Shown: positions 11,501-20,981 of the stretch, piece after piece
Numbering within the stretch: position 1 is the first letter of the stretch
Layout: each line of letters starts with the position of its first letter
Origin: a virus
Strand: one strand, 5' to 3'
Virus record (IMG/VR): IMGVR_UViG_3300042447_000691
DNA length: 64,000 nt
Notes under the pieces: generated by a model
What the model was told of the DNA's origin: nothing
The model's input: only the letters and a program-made list of their open reading frames with translations
The model's database searches: none
Made by a program: the position numbers and the translations under genes

Positions 11501-13376
11501 AGACTATTCAAGTGTAAATCAAAAGGATGATCAAATATCTAGTATAATCGTTTCAGGTAGTAGTGAAGTAACTAAATGGAAATTAAACAATAATCAAATA
11601 TCAGGTTCAACAACAAATGGTGTAAATACAACCCTTATTTCTTTAACCCCTAATAATTTTAGAGTAGAAACGGATAATAATCAAAATATATTTTTTGTTG
11701 ATGGTACAAATAACAGGGTAGGTATATCTACAAACACACCGACAGAAAAATTAACAGTTAGTGGTAATACAAATATTACAGGAACATTAAACATTGGTAC
11801 AATTGGGGCTGGAACACCTTTAATTAATTTAGGGTTGGATTCTAGTGGGAATGTCGTTACAGGTACAACAGGTGGAGGAACTTTTACCGGAGGAACAGTT
11901 AATGGGGCGACAAATTTTACAAATGGATTAACCGCGAATACAATTTCTGCTACCACATATCAAAACCTACCATTAGATATCCGTATAACAGGAGCAACAT
12001 ATTCTAACAACACTTTCACACATAGAAATAACACCGGAGGAACGTACACCGTTTTATTTAACACGGTTACGGGTTTGACGGTAAACGGTCAGTTATCTGT
12101 TACAGGTAATACTTCTTTACGAGGGTTAACTGCAACAACAATATCCGCTACAACATACCAAAATCTACCAACGGATATTCGTATAACAGGTGCTACTTAT
12201 TCTAACAACACTTTTACACATAGAAATAATACAGGTGGCACATACACGGTTTTATTTAATACGGTTACAGGGTTAACAATTAATGGTAATTTAACAGTTA
12301 CTGGTAGTACTAATCTAAAAACATTAACGGCAACAACGACAACAATTAATGGTAACTTAACTGTTACTGGTAGTACTTTTAATTTTGACGGAACTACCTT
12401 AGACCTGAAAAAAAATAGTACAAACCCAAATCTAATTATAAGTGACACGGGCAATACTTTAAACGACCCGTATATTAGGTTTGTTGCTACATCCGCAGGA
12501 ACACCAACATATTCGATGGGTGTTGATAAATCGGCGTCAAACTCATTTAATGTGTCATATAGAACAGACACATCAGCATCACCAAGTAATACGGGTTTAT
12601 ATTTACAATTCACAACAGGGTTTACTCTTAACTTACCTACCATTAGTAATAGCCCTACCCTTGCTTTAGGTCTTAGTGGAATGACATTTATTATTGCTAG
12701 TAATGCGGCACAACTTAAAATATTCGATGGGTCGAGTCGAAATAGAAATATAGAGTTTACTCAATATGCGACATATGGTACTTGGCTTGCTAACAATGGT
12801 GGATCTGCTGGTAGTCAACACTTTATTTTAAATAATGTGACTTCAGGTGAGACATTATTTGGTGGATTACAAAAATCAGATGAAGTATCCATTTTTCACA
12901 GTGGTAGAACGGAAGTAGACGGTGGATTTGGAGTTTTAGTTAGAGGTAATTTAAAGGTAACCGGTACTACAAGTGTTGGTACTGTTATTGGCACGGGAGC
13001 GGCATTAAGTAGAGATGCAACAACCGGTATTTTGGCTGTGGTAGTATCAGATGAAAGATTAAAACAAAACGTTGAGCAAATACCAAATGCATTAAATATA
13101 GTTAATAATTTACGTGGAGTTTACTATAATTGGAAAGATAATGAAGACTTCCAATCAGGTGATAGTTCAAGACAATTTGGTTTTATTGCACAAGAAGTGG
13201 AAACTTATTTACCTGAGGCGGTAATCTTAAGCGGTAGTAAAGATTATAAAACTGTTAAGTATTCTGAAATAACTTCAGTTTTAGTTGAAGCTATTAAAGA
13301 ACAACAACAAATGATAGAAGATCTAAAAGTGGAAATTACAAATTTAAAACTAAGGGTTACTAATTTAGAATCTTAA
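8502..13376 (+). CDS. long tail fibre with CBM-like domain, internal repeats and C-terminal peptidase S74 intramolecular chaperone
   Basis: C-terminal SDERLKQNV...GFIAQEVE...VKYSEITSVLVEAIKEQQQMIEDL is the S74 signature. Repeats TISATTYQNLP-DIRVTGGTY and LPLSGGTV. WQLISIPLWRF...YFDMIQLV looks like a carbohydrate-binding beta-sandwich. Confidence 0.85.
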   Translation: MPTYQLLTDRSLAQSSAITPTTLIHIVYTGDPSQNIAGSSYKAELGQLAGLFSGTSDTFVTGGTYSAGTITFINSSGGTFDVTGLTTGDTTTITGATSVGTGVTIFDSVIDRDIKINSITGDTLEKITTTLFSNTIEVGINEQNLDLWSLVVQGNRLISGGVSYVSGLTFETSALEYIIGGTIYDIPLPTTLVLSSGDPVFNRIDVIVADVSGNTSVVGGTPSANPEKPDIDEETQVEVTFVSIPANGTTPDIDLLLLYNENVGPPTEWSFGAVGLQPTRISGSSTDQTYSGLTAIRVSGVTGTFTTSFRLTGSTTVDTNQFATLQFAIRNLSANTTSSQIRLGFRTTGNTQNGNYVYMNAAGSSGYVQYSSTNTSSWQLISIPLWRFYLTNTNVQVLDVSFNSPNARYYFDMIQLVEGLASSPPTNAWTTIKGDGSTTIIAPNPNATLTISGGTNIGSFISGASTVVLNLDNNINLNGVTASTISATTYQNLPSSTFTGGTVSGTTNFTNGLSANTISATTYQNLPTDIRVTGGTYSAGTISFTNNTGGTFNVTGLTTGSTSTVSGNFLPLSGGTVTGGTIFQSGLTATTISATTYLNLPLDIRVTGGTYSAGTTTFTNNTGGTFNVTGFTTGSTSSVSGEYLPLSGGTVSGATNFTNGLTANTMSASTLFVNGVKITGDTYVTGLTFNTLNYNLTLGRNDGVTFTDNLGVLASDNTITGGTYNSLTGVGTFTNNTGGTFDVSGFLVGYTDVEVTGSTYNNNTFTFTNSTGGTFDVLFNTVTGLTSTGLVSSNTISATTYLNLPLDIRVTGGTYSAGTTTFTNNTGGTFNVTGFTTGTTSSVSGDYLPLSGGTVSGSTTFTNGLTANTISATTYLNISVPTLNQVLIEGNQTLGEDIVLNDMDSIINTGNTIGIQFKTGATMYQYATDNIDKTTEISLDKEFITLNATNNDDGYYATIQLDVSNNVMFEIVGDPALNNFSRTTRQLGVINDYVGNSTNTDYSSVNQKDDQISSIIVSGSSEVTKWKLNNNQISGSTTNGVNTTLISLTPNNFRVETDNNQNIFFVDGTNNRVGISTNTPTEKLTVSGNTNITGTLNIGTIGAGTPLINLGLDSSGNVVTGTTGGGTFTGGTVNGATNFTNGLTANTISATTYQNLPLDIRITGATYSNNTFTHRNNTGGTYTVLFNTVTGLTVNGQLSVTGNTSLRGLTATTISATTYQNLPTDIRITGATYSNNTFTHRNNTGGTYTVLFNTVTGLTINGNLTVTGSTNLKTLTATTTTINGNLTVTGSTFNFDGTTLDLKKNSTNPNLIISDTGNTLNDPYIRFVATSAGTPTYSMGVDKSASNSFNVSYRTDTSASPSNTGLYLQFTTGFTLNLPTISNSPTLALGLSGMTFIIASNAAQLKIFDGSSRNRNIEFTQYATYGTWLANNGGSAGSQHFILNNVTSGETLFGGLQKSDEVSIFHSGRTEVDGGFGVLVRGNLKVTGTTSVGTVIGTGAALSRDATTGILAVVVSDERLKQNVEQIPNALNIVNNLRGVYYNWKDNEDFQSGDSSRQFGFIAQEVETYLPEAVILSGSKDYKTVKYSEITSVLVEAIKEQQQMIEDLKVEITNLKLRVTNLES
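10281..10978 (+). repeat. near-identical ~86-bp dispersed repeat inside the tail fibre (10281-10366 and 10893-10978)
   Basis: gcaacaacatatttaaacttaccattagacataag(a/g)gtgactggtggaacgtattctgcaggtacaacaacatttac(t/g)aacaacac, two mismatches. Confidence 0.85.
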
Positions 13377-13416
13377 ATTTTGTTTACAAAAGACCATAAG
13401 AGACTATTTTTAGTCT

Positions 13417-14616
13417 ATGAAAATTTTTGTACAAATAGCGTCATACAGAGATCCCGAACTATTACCAACCATTAGAGATTGTATTAATAAAGCAAAATAC
13501 CCCGAAAATATAACATTTGGAATTTGTTGGCAACATGATGATACCGAATCAATGGAGGAATTTGCAAATGACCCAAGATTTAAAATATTAGATTACCATT
13601 GGAGTTGGAGTAAAGGTCTTTGTTGGGCTCGTAGTGAAATTCAAAAACTATGGGATGGTGAAGAATACACTATGCAATTAGATTCACATATGCGTTTTGA
13701 AAAACAATGGGATGTAGAATTGATTGAAATGATGAATATGGTTGACTCAGAAAAACCAATAATTTCTTCATACCCTGGTATGTATAGACCAAGTGATAAT
13801 CAATTACTAAATGTTGAACCATATAAAATGGTTGCGAATAATTTCACACCAAGCGGAACTATAATGTTTTTTCCAACCCCAATCGAGAATTGGCAAGATT
13901 TAAAAAAACCGATTAGGTCTAGATTTGTTGCGGGTGGTTATTTTTTTACAATAGGAAAACACTGTGAAGAATATAAGTATGATCCTAATTTATACTTTGC
14001 TGGCGATGAGATTAGTTTAGCAATTAGATCATACACTTTAGGTTATGATTTTTTTCACCCACATAAAACAATTATTTGGCACGAATATACAAGAGAGGGT
14101 AAAACAAAACATTGGACCGATTTTAATGAAGATAACAAAAAATCTGGTGTTGTTGAAAAACAATGGTCAGAAATGGACAACGAGGCAAAAAAAAGACTCA
14201 GACATATGTTACAAGAAGAGGATAACAATATTGATTTAGGTGAATATGGTTTAGGAAGTGTAAGAACACATAAAGAGTATGAAGATTATGCTGGAATAAA
14301 CTTTAAATATAAAAAACTACACCCGAAAACATTAAAAGGTATTGAGCCCCCCATTAATGATTACAGCGAGTGGTACCTAAAAGACGAAAAAGAATATGAA
14401 TATGAATTTGACATTCCATACACGGAAGACTTTAAATTCATTTACATCGCTATTGAAAATGAAAATGGTGACGTGTTATATAGAAAAGATTTATTAGAAT
14501 ACCAAGAAAAATTAAAAATACAATTTAAAACCTTAGAGATACCATACAAATGGGTTTATTGGGTTTACAATAATACAGATAATTGGATAAATAGAAAAGA
14601 TTTCATAATCAATTGA
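13417..14616 (+). CDS. GT60-like (Pfam GlcNAc; Skp1/polypeptide alpha-GlcNAc transferase family) glycosyltransferase
   Basis: IFVQIASYRDPEL, GLCWAR, YTMQLDSHMRF..WD (DSH metal motif), FVAGGYFF and PNLYFAGDEISLAIR match the family motifs. No signal peptide. Confidence 0.85.
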   Translation: MKIFVQIASYRDPELLPTIRDCINKAKYPENITFGICWQHDDTESMEEFANDPRFKILDYHWSWSKGLCWARSEIQKLWDGEEYTMQLDSHMRFEKQWDVELIEMMNMVDSEKPIISSYPGMYRPSDNQLLNVEPYKMVANNFTPSGTIMFFPTPIENWQDLKKPIRSRFVAGGYFFTIGKHCEEYKYDPNLYFAGDEISLAIRSYTLGYDFFHPHKTIIWHEYTREGKTKHWTDFNEDNKKSGVVEKQWSEMDNEAKKRLRHMLQEEDNNIDLGEYGLGSVRTHKEYEDYAGINFKYKKLHPKTLKGIEPPINDYSEWYLKDEKEYEYEFDIPYTEDFKFIYIAIENENGDVLYRKDLLEYQEKLKIQFKTLEIPYKWVYWVYNNTDNWINRKDFIIN

Positions 14617-14673
14617 TAAAAACAATTAATAAAATGAAATTCCTGTTATTTATATAAAAAACTTAAAAATTGA

Positions 14674-16284
14674 ATGGCTGACATAATATTAAGTAGTTGT
14701 TGTTACAATCAAATATCATATAGTGCAACGAGTTGGCTTGGGTTACAAACTTTAGGTACTGTTTTTAATGTGACCGGAGATACGGTTATAGTTGAAGGGT
14801 GCTATACTGTTGTTACCGCAACAACACCAACAATAGTAACAACATCGTTAGTTGGTACCGCAACTGTGGTTACAGGGTGTACCGATCCGTCATGTTATTC
14901 GTGTTGTGACGACACTATATGTATCGAACTATTGGGTAGTACGTATTCGGCAATAACCGGAACATACCAAATTGACGGTAGTTATAATGGTCATATATAT
15001 TTTACAGGAGGAACAAATCCTGGATACGTTTATTTTGACACAACAAAATGGTGCTTAAGTTCATCTTTAGGTGGTGTTTGTGAGTTTTACGGATCAAGCC
15101 CAACGACAAGTGAATGTCCTGATTTTGCTCCAAGCATTCAATCTTCAGGTATTTGTCCAACTCCGACACCCACACCAACAGACCCTTGTTCTATTTTAGA
15201 TTTTGATATTTTATTGGAGTGTGATATACCAACCCCAACTCCGACCCCTACGCCAACTCCAACACCTACACCTACACCCACACCAACCCCTACGGTTGAC
15301 CCTTGTTCTGGGTTTAGTGCTAATTTATCATACAGTGAGGTTACACCGACCCCTACACCAACTCCGACTCCTACACCAACACCGACACCGACAGGAATAC
15401 CTGTTACGGGAGAAAGTGTTACATTTGTTGTTGATCAGGGTTATTTTGTTTGTCCTACCGTTAAGAAATTAGTCGACTGTCAGACGACCGATATATATTA
15501 CGTATCTGACAATTTATTATTTAGTGGATCACAAATAACCACAGGAACGACGTTTGTTGTTACGTTAAGTGATTTTAATTCTGACCAAATACAGTGTGTT
15601 ACATACACCGAAAATGTTGGAGGATCACCAAATAGGGTTGTGGTTGAAATAATAGAGTTGATATCAGGTTGTACTGGATGTAATTTACCGACACCAACCC
15701 CTACACCAACACCAACCCCTACACCAACACCAACGGCAACCCCCACACCAACATCATATCCAGTCAACACTTCTTTTGTGTTCACGTCGTGTACAAACAA
15801 TAGTATGATAATACAAGTAGCATACCCACCATCAAATGTGGTGGTTGACGATATACTAAAAACTACTGGTGGAACTTGTTATCGATATATTGGTAATTTT
15901 GTTGGTTATGCACCACCAAGTGGATTTATAATTGCAAACACAAATATATTTACATCATCAGCACAGACGGTTTACGATTCTTGTGTTGAGTGTAATACGC
16001 CTGTAATAACAGGAACCACATATAAAACGTGGGAAGCTAAAGGGGAATATTCTGTTTCTTGCCCTGTCTGTCAATTAACTAACTTCGGGGCAGCAATCAC
16101 ATTCTACACTTCATCTGCCAACACAATAATGCAAACGGGAGTTTATATTTATAAAGATATTAATTTAACAAAACCAGTAACTATTGATTATGTACAATAC
16201 GGAACTAAAATCTATAGGGTAGATACATATGGTATGGTAACAGAATATTGTACATTAAACGGAAATTGTAAAAAAATAACATAA
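14674..16284 (+). CDS. Cys-rich virion protein with four Pro-Thr linkers
   Basis: Four (PT)n tracts separate Cys-rich modules. Late motif at 14647. Confidence 0.7.
   Translation: MADIILSSCCYNQISYSATSWLGLQTLGTVFNVTGDTVIVEGCYTVVTATTPTIVTTSLVGTATVVTGCTDPSCYSCCDDTICIELLGSTYSAITGTYQIDGSYNGHIYFTGGTNPGYVYFDTTKWCLSSSLGGVCEFYGSSPTTSECPDFAPSIQSSGICPTPTPTPTDPCSILDFDILLECDIPTPTPTPTPTPTPTPTPTPTPTVDPCSGFSANLSYSEVTPTPTPTPTPTPTPTPTGIPVTGESVTFVVDQGYFVCPTVKKLVDCQTTDIYYVSDNLLFSGSQITTGTTFVVTLSDFNSDQIQCVTYTENVGGSPNRVVVEIIELISGCTGCNLPTPTPTPTPTPTPTPTATPTPTSYPVNTSFVFTSCTNNSMIIQVAYPPSNVVVDDILKTTGGTCYRYIGNFVGYAPPSGFIIANTNIFTSSAQTVYDSCVECNTPVITGTTYKTWEAKGEYSVSCPVCQLTNFGAAITFYTSSANTIMQTGVYIYKDINLTKPVTIDYVQYGTKIYRVDTYGMVTEYCTLNGNCKKIT
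15157..15750 (+). repeat. clustered Pro-Thr coding repeats
   Basis: PT tracts at about 15157-15183, 15226-15295, 15343-15393 and 15690-15750. Confidence 0.9.
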
Positions 16285-16299
16285 AATATTTATTAAATT

Positions 16300-16584
16300 A
16301 TGTCATATCAGATAACAATAAACTCAATAACTAGCGGAACGTCACCATACGATGTATGGATATGTAATAGTTGTTCAGGTACATGTGTTTATGTTGCAAC
16401 AACAAATACGGTACCATACACCTTTACGTTACCCACAGTATACGAAACATATCCAACATATGTTGTAAAAATTATTGATAATAATAATTGTGTTTTTTGT
16501 GAGGTTGCATCGACAACATATAAACAATTTGAAGACGGGGAATATTTTGAATTCCAAGACGGAGAAGAATACCAATTTGAATAA
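16300..16584 (+). CDS. small Cys-containing fibre-associated/adaptor protein (paralogue 3)
   Basis: MSYQITINSITSGTSPYDVWIC; tail KQFEDGEYFEFQDGEEYQFE. Confidence 0.6.
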   Translation: MSYQITINSITSGTSPYDVWICNSCSGTCVYVATTNTVPYTFTLPTVYETYPTYVVKIIDNNNCVFCEVASTTYKQFEDGEYFEFQDGEEYQFE

Positions 16585-16603
16585 TATTTAAAAAAATATA
16601 AAA

Positions 16604-17125
16604 ATGGCAAGATTAACAGATAAAACATTCGCCCAATCAACGGCAATTACACCAACAACCCTTATACATATTGTGTATACGGGAGATCCGTCACAGAATC
16701 CGGCTGGATCATCATATAAAGTAGAGTTAAATCAAATTGCACCAACTATTGGTGGATATCAATATTATAGTGAAATTACGGTATCTGATTCTGAAATTCT
16801 CACTTTAAATAGTTTACCCGTTAATATCCTACCAGCACCAGGATCTAATAAATATTATGATTTTAAGGTATATTTTGAATATGTGTACGGAACATCAAGT
16901 TACTCAGCAAATCCAATTTTTCTTATTGATAATGCATCAAATACTGTTACCAAACAGTTCGACATACAGGGAACGGCAGATGTGATAATGGTGAGTTCTA
17001 TGGATATATTGAATTATATGCCAGTTAACTCTAATTTACGATTGGCCGATCTTGTATCTAACCCAACTGCAGGTGATGGAACTATGAAAATAAAAATATA
17101 CTATAATATAGTTGATTTTGGATAA
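16604..17125 (+). CDS. short fibre-like protein sharing the N-terminal anchor of the long fibre
   Basis: LTDKTFAQSTAITPTTLIHIVYTGDPSQNPAGSSYKVELNQ vs LTDRSLAQSSAITPTTLIHIVYTGDPSQNIAGSSYKAELGQ in 8502..13376. Confidence 0.7.
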   Translation: MARLTDKTFAQSTAITPTTLIHIVYTGDPSQNPAGSSYKVELNQIAPTIGGYQYYSEITVSDSEILTLNSLPVNILPAPGSNKYYDFKVYFEYVYGTSSYSANPIFLIDNASNTVTKQFDIQGTADVIMVSSMDILNYMPVNSNLRLADLVSNPTAGDGTMKIKIYYNIVDFG

Positions 17126-17128
17126 AAT

Positions 17129-18763
17129 ATGGCAGATTTAAGTGGAAATAGTTGTAATATAATAACACTCTTACCTTTAGGTATAGATTGTGATACCATA
17201 AATGCGTCAACACCTGACTCATCAAATGGTTATATGGCCATTTTAATAACAGGTGGGACACCACCTTATAATGTATCTTGGAGTAACGGAGCACAAGGTA
17301 CTTACATAACCAATTTAATTCCTGGTAATTACACGGCAACAGTTGTTGATTATTATGGTGATTTTAGTGCGACAACAACATGTGAGGTCGGATATGAAAG
17401 TTTTTATTTAGAAAAATTTGAAAAATGTGTATTAATATCCGCAGTAACACCACAATACATATATTATATCGCATCAACACCATCATTGTTTACCCCTAAT
17501 AAAGTGTACAAATTAACAACACAAACGGGATGTTGGACAAGTTTAGGTTTGGAGTTAAATACGGGTCAAACGTATAGTAATTCAGTTGCCGTTAAATCTT
17601 CAGGACCATATAACTCATGTTTTGCTTGTATCGCAAATATACCTGCACCACAACCATATTCCGGACCACTTTGTTTAACAAGATACATACAACCGACAGC
17701 CAGTCTGACGACGTTCTATAGTGGTGATACTATAAATAATTACCCTTCTTGGACAAGTAGTACACAAACAATCTATTACGATAACACAAATACAAGATGG
17801 ACTGTTAGTGGTTGGACAACACCTAACGTACCATACTTACAAAATCCTAATATACCACCTGTTGGGTCTTGGACACTACCAGGGTCATTCATATCTAACG
17901 TTATTGTTGCTACGGGAGTTTGTACGACATCACCTTTACAGATAACAGTTCAAACACAAAATCCGGCATGTTCAACAAGTTTAGGATCGGCAACTATTAA
18001 TGTAGTTGGAGGAACACCACCTTACATATATTCGTTAGACAATATTAATTTCACATCAACTAACCTTTTAACGGGTCTGGCTGCAGGACCAAAAACTGTG
18101 TATGTTAAAGATTCTTCACCATTACAAAATGTAGGGAATCAAGGGTTTTCAATAATCCCAGTTCAAAATTACACGAACTATCAGATAAATGTTAACTTTA
18201 CCACTCCAGGACTACAATCAACCACCACAACGAATCAAACCGCCAATTCCACCACATTATCACAAGACACTAATTTCAATATAAGTCTAACACCAAACAC
18301 CCCGTTTAATCAACCTTCAACAGTTAAGTTTGATTTAATTTTTAATGTTGCTACTACCGCATATACAAATTCCACGGACGCTCCGATAATTGCAAACACG
18401 ATAAATGCGAGTGGAAGTGTTGGATCAACTTTACCTGGCGGTATATCATCAATACCTGTTACACAAACAGTAAGTAGACCGTTGTGTATTGCCGGTGACA
18501 TAATTACAACAACATATACGATCTCATACTTAAATTGTTTATTGACGGACACAACATCAAATATTACAGGAACGATAAACCAATATATAAGTGAAATATG
18601 CGCAACTAGTAATTTTTGTATATTAAAGGCGTATTCCGATGTTACATTAACCGTTAAAAAAATATCATTAACCCCGTTAAATTGTCAGGGTATTGATTCG
18701 ACAATAATTAATAGAACCGCAAGTGCGGTAAAATTTGGACCAATTTGTCCGTTACTTTCTTAA
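17129..18763 (+). CDS. SprB-repeat-containing Cys-rich virion protein
   Basis: ITGGTPPYNVSWSNG..ITNLIPGNYTATVVD and VVGGTPPYIYSLD are SprB-like repeats. Confidence 0.7.
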   Translation: MADLSGNSCNIITLLPLGIDCDTINASTPDSSNGYMAILITGGTPPYNVSWSNGAQGTYITNLIPGNYTATVVDYYGDFSATTTCEVGYESFYLEKFEKCVLISAVTPQYIYYIASTPSLFTPNKVYKLTTQTGCWTSLGLELNTGQTYSNSVAVKSSGPYNSCFACIANIPAPQPYSGPLCLTRYIQPTASLTTFYSGDTINNYPSWTSSTQTIYYDNTNTRWTVSGWTTPNVPYLQNPNIPPVGSWTLPGSFISNVIVATGVCTTSPLQITVQTQNPACSTSLGSATINVVGGTPPYIYSLDNINFTSTNLLTGLAAGPKTVYVKDSSPLQNVGNQGFSIIPVQNYTNYQINVNFTTPGLQSTTTTNQTANSTTLSQDTNFNISLTPNTPFNQPSTVKFDLIFNVATTAYTNSTDAPIIANTINASGSVGSTLPGGISSIPVTQTVSRPLCIAGDIITTTYTISYLNCLLTDTTSNITGTINQYISEICATSNFCILKAYSDVTLTVKKISLTPLNCQGIDSTIINRTASAVKFGPICPLLS

Positions 18764-18783
18764 ACCATGAATATTTATAAAAT

Positions 18784-20976
18784 ATGTCTTACATAATTAA
18801 AAATACCTCAGCACTCATTAATACACAATTAACCGATGCTGCAAGAAAAAGGTTATCGCAAGGTAAATTCGATATCGCGTATTTCCAAGTTGGAGATAGT
18901 GAGGTTTGTTATAACTGTGTTAATGGAATGAATTTGGTTGAGTCCAACGTTCTAAGTCCTCAGTATAACTCTCAAAATACGGCACCGATTCCTGACAGAA
19001 ATAGAATGAACATCAAATATCCACTTTTTGTGGACTCAACATCTGGTAGTACTTTTGGTATTCCGTATGATGATTCTTATATTGATGATGTTTTTAATAG
19101 TGCGGCACCAAGGGGATTCTTTACTGGTAGTACGGTATTCACTTCTTCGGCATACACTTTAAATCCTAACTTTATAATTGATAATACGACCTTATCATCA
19201 GGAACTACAATAACGCTGTCTTCATCTTCTGTTAATTTAACCGTATCTGGTACCGTAAGTGAGGGTGACTTTATCACTATATTTACAAACGGAAACATAT
19301 CACCAATATCAGGTAACTCACCTATGTTTACCTATAAGATAGTTGGAATAACCGGAGACACCTCAACAGCAACGACGGTAACAATACAAGTCGATAGGCA
19401 GGTGCCTGATTTTAGTAATATGGGTATTACGGGTAATTCGTCTTGTTTATTTTATCCGCAAAAAATGACGGATTTATACGATACGTTCACACCACAACCA
19501 TATTGGGCAACTGACGTGTTTAATTTTGAAACAAATTGTGACGTATCACAACGTAACGTGGCGATATGGAATATGAATTCACCTTGGACCGAATCACCGG
19601 CTGGTGTTTTTAACAACTTAAATCAAGATTATAACTTATATGAGTCAACAGGGTATACAGGATCTAAAGAGTATTTTGGATATAACCTAAATGGTGGTCA
19701 AACTGATACCGACTCAACATATTATTACAACTCACTATCCGATAAGATTACTGTTAATCCTATTGATCAAAAAGCGATTGGAATCGTACACTACACAAAT
19801 CAGGCGATAGATAATTTTTATGGTGAAAAATTTGCCTTTCAAGAATACGATCCGACAAATCCCGGAAATACAGGACAAGCAAGAAACTTCAAAATCAACC
19901 TTCCTTGGTTGATGTGGCACAAAAATCAAAATGCGACCATAGGTGAGGAGTTCTATGTTGACCCATCAGGATTTACTTCATTAAACCTTTTTGAACCACA
20001 TTATATGGAATCAACTAGGGATTTAAACTTTAACGCACCTGGTCTTAGATATTACCATTTGTGGGATACACATGCAAACACTAACGGAATTCCAAATAGA
20101 GTAGGTAAGGTATATCCTGACCAAAAAATGGTTATATTTGATGATGATGAGATTGTTGCAACACTAAACAACAAATCTAATAGGTCGTGGACTTTACCGG
20201 CACCACAATTAGGTCTGATTTTACCAAACACCTTATGTGGTGGTGATGGTGGAACAACCGGATTATTATCGGGTAATAGTGAAAGTCTTTTCGTTACTTA
20301 TAGATTTAACAATAGTGCCTTTACCAATTCGTTACATTGTAATTACTACTCAAGAATAAGTGGTTACGATCAAACAATGGTACAAGGATCTACAGACGTA
20401 TTAGTTAGGTTTGGAAACGAATTTCCATTTTTAAGTCCTCAAGTGGGGACCTCACTAAGTGGGTTTAGTGCAAATAACATAAAAATATTAGCACAAAAGG
20501 TTAGTAGTGGAACAACAAGACCTAACCCTATTGCATGGAAAGAAATAGATATTTCCTCACAATTATCGGCAACGACAGTTGGTGGGTATTTAACGTCAAC
20601 AGGATTAACTGCAACCACAATACAATTAACTGAGACAATGTATAATTCTGCGCCTACATATAGATTGGACAATTACATTAATTTACCATCATTAAATCAA
20701 ACAGGAACTACGTTTAATTTTGGTGGAGAGTTTTATTTTTATGGAACGATACAAACAGACATTCAAGCAACAATATACGTTATGAACTATCTTTGTAATT
20801 TAGGACAAACACAGTTCTTCGACTCATCGAACCCTACTTGGAGTAAAACTAAGACGCCACACGTCACGGAAGTTGCTCTTTACAACGCGGATAAAGAACT
20901 TATGGTTATTTCTAAGATACAATCACCCGAAAAAAGACAGGGAATACAACAGTATCCTATTAAATTAGATTTTTAA
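18784..20976 (+). CDS. conserved tail/baseplate structural protein
   Basis: N-terminal LTDAARKRLSQGKFDIAYFQVGDSE and C-terminal VTEVALYNADKELMVISKIQSP resemble phage tail-collar/fibre-attachment proteins. Late motif at 18772. Confidence 0.55.
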   Translation: MSYIIKNTSALINTQLTDAARKRLSQGKFDIAYFQVGDSEVCYNCVNGMNLVESNVLSPQYNSQNTAPIPDRNRMNIKYPLFVDSTSGSTFGIPYDDSYIDDVFNSAAPRGFFTGSTVFTSSAYTLNPNFIIDNTTLSSGTTITLSSSSVNLTVSGTVSEGDFITIFTNGNISPISGNSPMFTYKIVGITGDTSTATTVTIQVDRQVPDFSNMGITGNSSCLFYPQKMTDLYDTFTPQPYWATDVFNFETNCDVSQRNVAIWNMNSPWTESPAGVFNNLNQDYNLYESTGYTGSKEYFGYNLNGGQTDTDSTYYYNSLSDKITVNPIDQKAIGIVHYTNQAIDNFYGEKFAFQEYDPTNPGNTGQARNFKINLPWLMWHKNQNATIGEEFYVDPSGFTSLNLFEPHYMESTRDLNFNAPGLRYYHLWDTHANTNGIPNRVGKVYPDQKMVIFDDDEIVATLNNKSNRSWTLPAPQLGLILPNTLCGGDGGTTGLLSGNSESLFVTYRFNNSAFTNSLHCNYYSRISGYDQTMVQGSTDVLVRFGNEFPFLSPQVGTSLSGFSANNIKILAQKVSSGTTRPNPIAWKEIDISSQLSATTVGGYLTSTGLTATTIQLTETMYNSAPTYRLDNYINLPSLNQTGTTFNFGGEFYFYGTIQTDIQATIYVMNYLCNLGQTQFFDSSNPTWSKTKTPHVTEVALYNADKELMVISKIQSPEKRQGIQQYPIKLDF

Positions 20977-20981
20977 TTTTT

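Noticed and set aside
8693-12643. Many minus-strand ORFs over the tail fibre and other long genes (e.g. 8693-9073, 10070-10570, 15498-15800)
   Set aside because: Antisense shadows of Thr/Gly-rich coding sequence (VPP/V-rich translations), with no start context or promoter.
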